The notes beneath the pieces are model-generated. The model was not told the origin of the DNA. It saw nothing but the letters and a program-made list of their open reading frames with translations, and searched no databases. From Malacoraja senta (taxonomy: Eukaryota), in assembly GCA_038087875.1 (NCBI GenBank), contig JAXLNO010005895.1:1-64000 (forward strand): a stretch of DNA of 64,000 bases. Reading direction: 5' to 3'. The position numbers and the translations under genes were made by a program. Within the stretch, counting starts at the first letter, position 1. Each line of letters starts with the position of its first letter. This document shows positions 24,491 to 35,814 of the stretch, piece by piece.

Positions 24491-24963
24491 GACAATTGTT
24501 ATTTGTACTGTATGATACAATATACCAGCTATACTAATTTCTAAAGTAAACCCAGTATACCCATTTCCAGCTTTAGTATTTAAAAGTCATGTTACAGTAT
24601 TCATAGGGATTGAATTTTTTTTAAAGTTTAGTCACCGTTGTAATGTAATAAATGTGGCAGAAAATGTTCACACATCATGATCATGCAGAGAGATAATGAC
24701 CTCTTTGAAATAGCTACAAAATCCTATATCCACTTAAAGGCTGCTGAAGCAGTGGTTTAATCTGAAAGACTATTTCTGAGAGTATAGCACACATCCTCGG
24801 TGCTGCATGTGTGTGTCTGCCTAGATTACCCGAGTCTTTAAAATGGGGACAGGAATTTTCATGCTCTCTGACAGAAAGCAATATTTGGTGTAAATGAGGA
24901 TCATGGTCAGCATAGATAAGTTGGGTGGAAGAGTCCATGACTGGTGTACAACTATATCTAATA

Positions 24964-25826
24964 CTAGACAAAGTTCACACGGGAGGGCTGGTCCCCCAAC
25001 GCAATATTCCACCTCTCCACCAATTCCAATATTGGTGGGCAGTGGGGTGCTTTCTGGAATGCTAGTATGGGTGTTGCAGACTGAAGGGACTGGTTTCCAG
25101 ATGGCTAGTATGGACATTGTGGGCTGAATGGATCCTTGGGCTGGCAGCTCAGTCACTCAGGGCTGGCAGCTCAGTCACTCAGGGCTGGCAGCTCAGTCAC
25201 TCAGGGCTGGCAGCTCAGTCACTCAGGGCTGGCAGCTCAGTCACTCAGGGCTGGCAGCTCAGTCACTCAGGGCTGGCAGCTCAGTCACTCAGGGCTGGCG
25301 AGCTGACAGTTCACTCATGCCTATTCCTTGAAATTCCATTTCAAGCAGAGTGCAGGCCACCACATTCAATTTCATAGCATTTCAAGCAGAGTGCAGGCCA
25401 CCAAATTGCCAAACAACTCATTGCATTGTCATTAAGGGCTAACAAATCATTTATTGCAAGTACATTGCAGACTCACAGTTCAGTTGATTCACAGCTTAGA
25501 ATCACAGTTGTGGGCTCTCCCTCGCGATCTTCCAGAGTGACTCCAGGCATCCGGGGTTTTATAGTTCTGCCTCCCTCCAAAAAGGGAGTTACCTTCATCA
25601 TGGTGATTGACAGGCGAGAGGACCAATCAGCTGATTTCAAGATTTTTTAAACACTCATAATTTTTTTTATTTTTCATCGATTGGAAAAATCCTCGGGACT
25701 GCCTCAGCGGAGGAGGACCGTGAGTAAGATGGTCAAAAGTCATAGCAATATATGATAGGGTTTTTTCTAAAATCAATATACAGCGCAGACAGGAAGTGGA
25801 CAAGATGAGACTTTTAGTTATATAGA
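24964..25826 (-). mobile_element. Non-autonomous Helitron
   Basis: Minus strand A|TCTATATAACTAAAAG...TTGTCTAG|T with no TSD; 3' end resembles that of 36131-37413, but the subterminal hairpin is degraded. Confidence 0.7.
25138..25299. repeat. 22-bp minisatellite (GGGCTGGCAGCTCAGTCACTCA) x ~7.4
   Basis: Perfect tandem units visible, inside the Helitron. Confidence 0.95.
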
Positions 25827-27874
25827 TACTTAGTATCATAGCACAGCACTATCTGTGTACATTTTAGATCAGCTTGTGTTCTTTAAGAGGGTTTTTGTCA
25901 TTCAAATATCCTTTGTTTGAGGTTCTCCAAATCCTGTGCACCCTGCCCTTTAGGTTATGTTGGTTATTCATCATCCGTACATGTAGGAGGTTGTTGTTCA
26001 GCTATGGCAAAACACCAGAACCTAGATCACACTACCTTTCATCCTGACTAAGAACTTGTCCTGGTGCTCTAAGATTCGGATACAGAGTGTCTTTACAGTG
26101 GATATGCATCTATTTCCACACAAATCTTCATTGAAGATTCTTCCCATTCCATGCGGAAGAATGGAATGTTGAAATTTCTGAGAACCAAAGTGATGCGAGA
26201 AGTAAGTCCACAAGACCACATTTAACAAAATGCTTGAATTAAATCAATGATGGGTGAAGGCTGTTTCACCTCATAAATGTGTAACAGACCATGAAACTAG
26301 TGGGTTTGTGCTACAGCTGACTAGTTTGTTCATCTATATGGTAAGCTGTCTTTGTAAACGTTTAATAAAAAGGAAACCAAAGGAATCTTTTTTTAATCCA
26401 CACCGTCCACTGCCCTAGATGTGGTTAAAAAGTGATTGCAAAGGTTTTGACATAAATAAGGTTAATTCTGGGTGTTACCTATTTTTAAAATCTATTGGTG
26501 TTCTCACCTTTCTTGGTGGTGTTGAATCGGCTGGATAATATTTTTATTGAAACCAATAGTACCTCAGCCAAGTTTTTAAAAACAAGGGAGTTTTCTTGCA
26601 TTTTTGACACGCAGCTATTGGGAGGAGGGGAAAGATAGCTTTTTTTGTAATGTGCGTGTATCCCTGTTGAAGGATTTTGAAACTGATTTGTGTAATTGCA
26701 TCTTTATATTCAACTTTGGCACATCCTTCACTGCATGTGTGGCATTTCCTATTGGAGATGGAACACACATTTGTAAACCATAATATGAAATATTTTATTC
26801 CTTGCTGTCTTTAATGAAAAACAGTCATTCTACACTTTGAAGACTGAGGCACAAGATGAAATAGAACTTTTGAATTAGTACTGAATGTTACCAGATAAAC
26901 ATGGGTTGCAAGCTAATCAAGTTTTCTTCAGGCTAAAGCTATACTTCCTCCATATGTTCATTTGCAGCAAAATTCCCAAATTCGGTTAATCAAACTTTCT
27001 TTCATGTAACAAGTATTGTGCCACAATTTCTAGTCTGCAGTTAACATCTAGGATGATTACTTCAAAATGAGCTGAGTTTTTTGGAGTTGGGTAACAATAA
27101 ATTCCCAGGAAACTATTCAATTAATTAATCTGATCACTGCTCAATTACTTACATCTGGTGATTTATTGGGGTTTGTTTTTATTAGGCCCAGGTCAGCTAG
27201 TGCAGCCAGTGTGTCTGCAGTGCTGCTTGAATAAGAGCTAAGTGACACATGATATGAATATTAGTTTTCCGATAGTAAAGGAGAAATGCAGATGGCATTT
27301 GAGAAATGTGCCACAAAATTTGAATTACAAACCTGCAAATAATTTTATTGGTGGGAGTTAAAACATAAAATGTTATATACATTTTATAAAATGTACCAGA
27401 TTATCTGTGGCATGTGCTAGCATTCTGGCAGCAAAAGTGCAGTTCAGAGTTGAATATGCATACACCGATCATGCAATTTGCATATAAAAGTGCGACATAG
27501 GATTTTTGATGCAGCTAGCTCCTGACGTGCACATCACATGAATTGAATGTCGTCAAATTTATTATTTTCATTGTTTTTTTATCGTGATTCACGTGTTACT
27601 GTATAAAACTTGCTAAATACAATTTGGTTTAGCTAAGGAAGATTTTTAATGTTCTCTTTGACTGTCTTGATAGGTAGTTTGTTCTTTTTATGTCAATTTG
27701 AGATTTTAAAATGGTAATCTCTATTACAAATAATTAACAGTTTGCAAGAATAACTATGCTGCTTTGTAGCTTGGTGTATGCATCTATGAAGTGCTTTAAA
27801 GGATCCAGGTCATGGTAAAATTGGGTGACTTCTTTAGATTATGGAAAGTGAAGAAGGAAGGGAAGAATGACATG

Positions 27875-28095
27875 CAAAACTGGAGTAACTCAGCGGGACA
27901 AACACCCATTCCCTCTCTGGAGAGAGGGAATGGGTGACGTTTCGGGTCGAGGCCCTTCCTCAGACTGAAGAAGGGTTGAAACCCGAAACATCACCCATTC
28001 CTTCTCTCCCAAGATGCTGCCTGTCCCGCCTAGTTACTCTAGCTTTTTGTGACTATCTTCGGTTTAAACCATCAACTGCTGTTCCTTCCTACATA
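27875..28095. mobile_element. Head-to-head inverted pair of Penelope pLTR fragments
   Basis: ...GGGTGACGTTTCGGGTCGAGGCCCTTCCTCAG-A-CTGAAGAAGGGTTGAAACCCGAAACATCACCC...; arms meet at the HHR CUGA box. Confidence 0.8.
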
Positions 28096-28197
28096 AGAAG
28101 GGAAGAATGTTCAAATTGTGCCTGGAGATTGATGACTGTTTATTGATCTGAGATTTGCAAATTGATTCGGACAAATGGTTTAAAGAAAGTGGAGTAA

Positions 28198-28844
28198 AGG
28201 GCCTGACCCACTTGGGCCGTCACTTACGCGACAGGCCGGTAGTGACTGACGCGCGACGGACCCGCGAGAGTTGCGCGCATCATCATGCGTCCGCACAGCC
28301 GTCTGGAGCGCATGACGTCATTTGAAGATAGACATAAAATGCAGGAGTAACTCAGTGGGACCGGCAGCATCTCTGGAGAGAAGGAATGGATGATGTTTCG
28401 GGTCGAGACTTTTCTTCAGTCTGAAAGAAGGGTCTCGACCCGAAACGTCACCCATTGCTTCACTCCTGAGATGCTGCTGGTCCCGCTGAGTTACTCCTGC
28501 ATTTTGTGTCTATCTTCAATCGTCTTGGCCCCGCTCTGGGTGTAGGAGTGGGGGCGGATCCGGATCCGCAATGGCCGTGAGCCCCAGGCCGAGTTTCACG
28601 ATCGCTTGCCTGCTTCTGCTGCTGTTGGAGGTGAGACGTTGCGCCAGGATCTTGGGCCTGTCCCCACTTTGGCTGTCAGTTACGCGACAGGCCAGTGGCG
28701 CGCGAAGATTTCGTGCAGGACGAAGTCCACACTCCTCCACGCCACTCCACACTCCACACCACTCCATGCGCCCGTCCCGCGCTACCCACACGCTAGCAGG
28801 TCGCTTAAATGGCGCGCGAAAGACAGCGAAGTGGGACAGGCCCT
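28198..28844. mobile_element. MITE, PIF/Harbinger-like, with TAA TSD; contains a palindromic Penelope pLTR pair (28322-28519)
   Basis: TAA|AGGGCCTGACCCACTT ... AAGTGGGACAGGCCCT|TAA; second left-end copy at ~28654. Confidence 0.8.
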
Positions 28845-29344
28845 TAAATCTATTTGTGACTTGGGCAGTGAGATAGATTGAAGTCTGAATAGTGATGGGG
28901 TTCTAAGTGAATTTTGACTTGACATTTTAAAGAAGAAATCTTTTAAAGGACTTTTGATAATGGTGTAAGGTTGACCAGTGTTTAAAAACTAACTTTGTGC
29001 ACTTGTACTTTTAGTTTTACAGTTTGATAATATGCACTTCAATCTGTGACCTCTGAGCAAACTGAGTTCATTTGCAATGTACGAAACACTGGATGATTTG
29101 TGAAAGGAGGCAAAAAGAATGTGAAGAGAAAACAGACACCTTTTATTTAATTTGTGTGGTAACTTAATGTTTCTAATCTACTGTTGAATACACAATCAAT
29201 AGCCCAAAATTATTCTGAGTGTAATAGCATCCTTTGAGTTTGAAAACAAGGCATAGTGCATTATTTTGAAATCCAATTGCAATAACGGAGTTTTAATTTG
29301 GTTGAAACGCCTCGCCTACTGCAGTTTTGTAATGCAGTGATGGC

Positions 29345-29650
29345 TTAGTTTTAGTTTAGAGATACAGTGTGGAAACAGACCCTTCGGCCCACCGGGTCCG
29401 TGCCGACCAGCGATCCCCACATATTAACACTACCCTACACCAGGGACAATTTTTACATTTAGCAAGCCAATTAACCTACAAACCTGTACCTTTGGAGTGT
29501 GGGAGGAAGCCGAAGACCTCGGAGAAAACCCACACGGTCACGGGGAGAATGTACAAACTCCGTACAGACAGCATCCGTAGTCAGGATCGAACCCAGGTCT
29601 CTGGCGCTGCATTCGCTGTAAGGCAGCAATTCTACTGCTGTGCCACCGTT
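29345..29650 (-). mobile_element. HE1/V-SINE-like SINE (near full length)
   Basis: Reverse complement of the 2254-2545 architecture. Confidence 0.85.
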
Positions 29651-31284
29651 CCTCAATTTGTGAATGAGAGTTGAGATTTTAAAGAAATGTGATATGAAGT
29701 AAAATTTTATGTTTAGTGCTCCACTGTGCTGTACAAAGTGTGCTATTTTGACCGATTTAATGCAATAAGTTCATTTGACCCTGCCAAACAATTCTGTTTC
29801 AAGAAGAAGGATTATAAGCAGAAGTACACAATATCGGCTAATATAGATGTCCCAGAAATATTCTGGGTGATAGTAATATTGTCATTTCATAGTGATAGTG
29901 ACTTATCTTGGGGGAACAAATTGATCAATATGATAATACTGGGGCTGGTGGGAAAAAGAATGCAAGATATTAAGTTTCATTTGCATTAGCTTGCCTGTGA
30001 TTTTGTTAACCAGCAGCAGTAGAGGTGGGAATGCATTTAGAATTTGCACTTTTCCTTTAAAATACCAATTTTGTTACTTGGAATGATGGCCTCCAGTGTC
30101 TTATTCAAATGCGCATCTCTATATATTTTAACCAGAAAGGCATCATAGCTAACTCGTGTCCTCGTGTAGAACAACATACACTTGCATTAAGATGTTGTTC
30201 AGCAGACTAGAGTAGGTGAAATTGAGCTGAAAATTTTCAAATTAATAAGAATTTCCTCATGTGATGATTTACTGTTAACTTAGGCAAAGTGCGTAAATTG
30301 TTTGAAATTTAAATTTAAATTAAAACGTAGAAATTAATTGGGCACATGTTGCTCGTGAAAATGGAAGGAAGAAATGTCTGCAAAACCATTGGCTGCATGT
30401 TAGGCCTTTTCTCTGTGACACTTTTACAATCCCCTTCCCATCCAGCCTTGTTACTTCCTGCTTTTCCTGAGGTGCTGTGGTTATTAGTTACATGTACACT
30501 TGCCCTCACTGTTGAGCTAGCCTGGCACCATTTAATGACTTAAATTTGGAATGTTACTAATCCATGCACATTTCAGTTTTTCTGCTCTGTTAATGCTGCT
30601 AATTCCTATACACACAATTGTGCATAAATTCTAATGCCATTGAAAAGTTGATTTAATAAAGTTATGAAGATTCAGTGAAATTATTCATTTCAGCTGTCGG
30701 CTTAACAATTCTGACAAGTTTGATTACAATTTAAAGATATCGATTGCTAATGCACAGTTAAAGTGAATTGATGGCCCTTGGATATCAGTGCTGGCAGATT
30801 TTAAGCTCATGGAATATGTCAAAGCAGAACCCATTACAGTTTTAAATGAAGATCTGCAAATGTGCATGTTCAGCCAGACGAACACACTGATGCAGTAGAA
30901 GTAACAACCTTCTTCATGGTTCTGCGCTTTTACATTTCATAAGTAGTCTTAAGCCATTATGATTCTGAGCATCCGGAGGCAAAATTGTGCATGAAGTGGT
31001 TTGAATGTGCTGACATTTCACACAAGCAGGCTGAAGCTTGACTTGTTGGGTTTGTTTCCAAATTTAGACTGGGTATTCGGGTTTAATTATTCTTCACAAA
31101 GACTGCATTATAAGTGCTTTCACCGGTTTCAGTTTACAATGTGTTTCTATAGTTTAACAGAGATTCTTTAATGACCATTTCTACGATCCTTACATTGTCA
31201 AGTACCATATTGCAAATACAAGGCACGATACAAGGAAATAAGAGCAGAAGTATGCCAGCCTACCGAGCCATTCAATATGATCGT

Positions 31285-31900
31285 GTTAAAAGTAACTATG
31301 CAGGTACAGCAGGCAGTGAAGAAATCCATCATTGCGAGAGGATTTGAGTTTAGGAGCAAGGAGGTCCTACTGTAGTTGTACAGGGTCCTGGAGTATTGTG
31401 TGCAATTTTGGTCTCCTAATTTGAGGAAGGACATCATTATTGCTATTGAGGGAGTGCAGCGTAGGTTCACCAGGTTAATTCCTGAAATGGCGGGATTGAC
31501 GTATGATGACAGAATGGGTCGACTGGGCTTGTATTCGCTGGAATTTGGAAGGATGAGGGGGAATCTTATAGAAACATATAACATTCTTAGAGTATTGGAC
31601 AGGGTAGATGCAGGAAAAAATGTTCCCGATGTTGGGGGAGTCCAGAAGCAGGGGTCACAGTTTAAGAATAAAGGGTAGGCCATTTAGGAAACACTTTTTC
31701 ACCCAGAGAGTTGTGAATCTGTGGAATTCTCTGCCACATAAGGCAGTGGAGGCCAATTCACTGGATGTTTTCAAGAGTTAGATTTAGCTCTTAGGGCTAT
31801 GGGGGAAAAAGCTGGGTACTGATTTTGGATGATCAGCCTTGATCATATTGAATGGTGGCTCGAAGGGCCAAATGGCCTACTCCTACACCTATTTTCTATG
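31285..31900 (+). mobile_element. CR1 LINE 3' fragment
   Basis: ORF 31376-31678 LEYCVQFWSP...IEGVQRRFTRLIP...RLGLYSLE..RMRGNLIETY; CR1 tail AATGGCCTACTCCT. Confidence 0.9.
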
Positions 31901-32446
31901 ATCTACCCAGGCTTTAATTCCTCTTTGCCTGTTCCCCATTACTCTAAATTCTCCAACTTTTCAAAAATGTAAATGCCTCCAATGATTTACATCACATTCT
32001 TTTGGCATAGATTATATCGGAGCTTTACCACCGTTTACCTGAACTTTCTACGCACTTCAGTTTTAAGTGATTATACCCTCTTGTCATTTTGTTCGAGGCA
32101 CTCCCGCCAGTGGAAATGTCTCAACATCTACTGTCATGCCCCCTTAGAATTTTATGTTTCAATAAAACCAATCCTTATTCTAAACTCAAAAGAATATAGA
32201 TCTAACTTTGTTCGCCGCCCATGATAAGGCAGCTCTCGCATTCCTAGAATTAGTCAAATGAGTCTCTTTTGGGAGCATGGATTTGTCTTAAACCCAGGTA
32301 AAAATTTATTTTAGTTATGTTGGATCAGAGGTCATATGGTTAACAGTTGTACCAGACTCCATGCATTACAGTTGAATTGTTGATTTTTTAAAATTCTTTT
32401 CCAGCTCATGTAACATATTTGACTTCTAAAATAATAAATGTATGAT

Positions 32447-33510
32447 GTCAAGTCAAGTGAGTTTATTGTCATGTGTCCCTGGTAGGACAATGAAATTCTT
32501 GCTTTGCTTGAGCACAACAGAACATAGTAGGCATTTACTACAAGGCATTCTATAAATATATACACAATGGTCAATATACTGATAAAGTGCAAATAACAGT
32601 ATTGGCTAGTAAAGTTCAGTGTTATGTCCGAGCCAGGTTTAATAGCCTGATGGCTGTGGGGAAGTAGCTGTTCCTGAGGTACACAAAAATGCTGGAGAAA
32701 CTCAGTGGGTGCAGCAGCATCTATGGAGCGAAGGAAATAGGTAACGTTTCGGGCCGAAACCCTTCTTCAGACCTGTTCCTGTTCCTGAACCTGGTCGTTG
32801 CAGTCTTCAGGCTCCTGTACCTTCTACCTGAAGGTAGTAGGGAGATGAGTGTGTGGTCAGGATGGTGTGGGTCCTTGATGATGCTGCCAGCCTTTTTGAG
32901 GCAGCGACTGTGGTAGATCCCCTCGATGGAAGGGAGGTCAGAGCCGATGATGGACTGGGCAGTGTTTACTACTTTTTGTAGTCTTTTCCTCTCCAGGGCA
33001 CTCAAGTTGCCGAACCAAGCCACGATGCAACCGGTGAGCATGCTCTCTACTGTGCACCTGTAGAAGTTGGAGAGAGTCCTCCTTGACAAACCGACTCTCC
33101 GTAATCTTCTCAGGAAGTAGAGGCGCTGATGTGCTTTCTTAATAATGGCATCATTGTTCTCGGACCAGGAAAGATCTTCAGAGATGTGCACGCCCAGGAA
33201 TTTGAAGCTCTTGACCCTTTCAACCATCGACCCGTTGATATAAACGGGACTGTGGGTCCCCATCCTACTCCTTCCAAAGTCCACAATCAGTTCCTTGGTT
33301 TTGCTGGTGTTGAGGGCCAGGTTGTTGTGCGGACACCATATGGACAGTTGCTCAATCTCTCTTCTATACTCTGACTCATCCCCATCAGTGATACGTCCCA
33401 CAACAGTGGTGTCATCAGCGAACTTGTTGATGGAGTTCGCACTATGTCTGGCTACGCAGTCATGCGTATAGAGTGAGTACAGCAGGGGACTGAGCACAGT
33501 CTTGAGGTGC
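32447..33510 (-). mobile_element. Rex1/Babar-type LINE, 5'-truncated (RT C-terminal half)
   Basis: LSPLLYSLYTHDC...KFADDTTVVG...NNLALNTSKTKELIVDF...KAHQRLYFLRRL; CTTGA-repeat 3' tail. Confidence 0.9.
32678..32778 (-). mobile_element. Short Penelope pLTR/hammerhead insertion into the Rex1 element
   Basis: Near-identical to the 3589 copy; TSD CTGTTCCTGA at 32668-32677 and 32779-32788; intact HHR motif on minus strand 32738-32774. Confidence 0.85.
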
Positions 33511-34844
33511 TGGGCTTAGAAAATGATGGTAAAATATGTCTGAAAATGTAGCTTTATTTGTATTGACTTCATTTTGACAGAGAATATAACAAAGCCAAAG
33601 GACATTTTACATTGTTTAACTTTAATAAAGAAGATCCCAGATGGATAGTGAGCAGAAGGTGAAAGGACTTTAATGATTAGGGACGATGAATTTTCTGGGA
33701 AGTATTTGAAATATTTGAGTGGTGGTAAGTTGAAATTGTTTAGGAAATTTCCATTCGGGAGAAATGCTGTGATTGCCTTTGATTCTAGGGCTTTGGTCAT
33801 TGTCCAGAGTTGTGGTGTCATGTAATTGTCAAAGATTAAAACATGTAGATAACATTCTTAAAAGCAATTTACTGGGATTCAAATAGCATCAGTGAAAAAT
33901 AATGGTGATAGAACATTTAGCTTCTCAAATCTCTTCTGTCATTCAACAAGGTGGCAGCTAGTATCATGTACCCTGCCTTATCTTTGAATTTTAATGAGCA
34001 CACTTTTCCAATTTCAGATTTTAAATTAACTTTTAGGTGTCATTTGCACAAATTTTCAATATTTCTACCATCCTGTGCAGGTACTATTCATTTTCAACAT
34101 CAATCCAATTATAGACTCTTGCCCTAAATCCTAAATTCCCCAACCTGGTGTAGTAGTTTCTTTGTGCCTTTTTGGCCTATCAATTCTCTTTAATGTCTTG
34201 AAAGCTTCAACAATGCATCTGCAACTTTCTAAATTATCTCCTTTTGTAATGTAACCCTGGGAATCAATGTATCAATCACATTAATCTAATGTATTCTCTT
34301 CAAGACCAATATTACTTACAAAATGGATGTGAATGTATGTACGAAAAGAAATGCTCCCTTTTCAGTCTGAAGACATTAATTTCGGGTTTAAATTGCATTA
34401 TTACACAATTTCCTGTGCTGCATAGTTCTGCTTTGTCTACTGAAGTTTTAGGCATTGGGTGCCAATCTTGAAACCATAATTATTGTTTTGGGCATAAAAC
34501 ATAAGGCATTTTTAACATCAAAATATGAGTAAATATACTACATGGTTTGCTGAACTCTGCATTTCAGTAAGATGCAAACTATCCCATTTAATGCTAGTTC
34601 ATGATATGGTGCTGTTTTTACATTTTGCACTCTTAATGGGTCAATGCCAGTTCTGAATTGTACTCTTCACCACCAACAGCACAAAGTCAACTTCTGTGAC
34701 ATGTGAGCTGTGCGTTACAACTTGCATTCACACTCGTGCAAGACTTTTGCTAGCTCTTCGTCGATGGAGCAATAAGAAGGACTGACTCTGTGATTAAAGG
34801 TTTTGGGAATAGAACTGCCTCCAGGGAAGGAGCATCTGGGATCT

Positions 34845-35120
34845 GAAATCATAGAGTGGAAGAGACATAGAAATAGACCCTAATCCTTTTTATTTCTCAT
34901 TCCCATTCACTTTCCAGGGATTGAATTGCCTGTCTGTATGCTATTAACCTACAGGCTCGCTTTTGCTTTGGGATGTGGGAGGAAGCAGGAGTACCAAGAG
35001 AAGATCCACAAGGTCACAAAGAGAATGTACAAACTCCACACAGAGTCGGAGGTCAGGAATAAACTTGAGCTGCTGGAAATACTATGTAGCAGGTCTGCTG
35101 ACTGTCACTCTGCTGCCTTG
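34845..35120 (-). mobile_element. Degraded HE1/V-SINE-like SINE
   Basis: TTTGGGATGTGGGAGGAA...GAGAATGTACAAACTCCACACAG. Confidence 0.65.
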
Positions 35121-35814
35121 GAGCAAGAGGGAGTTGATGTCAGATATGCAGTCAAGGGATGTGACAATGAAGGAGAGCAAATTTCATGGACTTGAATGCA
35201 TATCTATCTAAAATGTCACAGTTATGTCCAATTTGGTCACAATAGTCCATGGACTTCACAGACCCAGAATGCATAAATTCTATGCAAGTGATGTCAAGAT
35301 GTCTATTCCATGCCATTTCACTTAACTAAGCACGTGTGGCAGTTCTGGATCTGATTTCTCCATCTTTTCCTCTTGTTGATTGATGTAAAATAACTCTTTA
35401 TCCAGTTTGTAAAATTGAGAAATTTAAAACATTGCTCTAAAAGACTACTTGGGTTTTGATATGCACTGCATATTGTCAAGTATTTTTTGACTCTATAATA
35501 TTGCCCATTCAATAGTTGTTGACTATTTGCCATCCAGTACCAGTCATGAAACACTACTGAAGACCTGCTCTTCTGAATTCAATAAATACGTTGGCATTCA
35601 GTAACCTTTCCTCTTGACCCACTAAATGTTGTCGGCAGACATCTAGGAGTTAACTGCTTGTTCTTGTAATATGATTTATATCATGTTATCAAGAATTTGC
35701 CTGCTCTCTGAAATAGAGGATTAGGCAGCATACATAATGAATGTAAGATGTCATCATTACAAGCAAGCTGCAACGATTAATTGTGATGGTGGATGATAGA
35801 ATGTAGAATAATAC

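Noticed and set aside
25117-25377. Repetitive ORFs (GLAAQSLRAGSSVTQGWQLSHS)n
   Set aside because: Translation of the 22-bp minisatellite.
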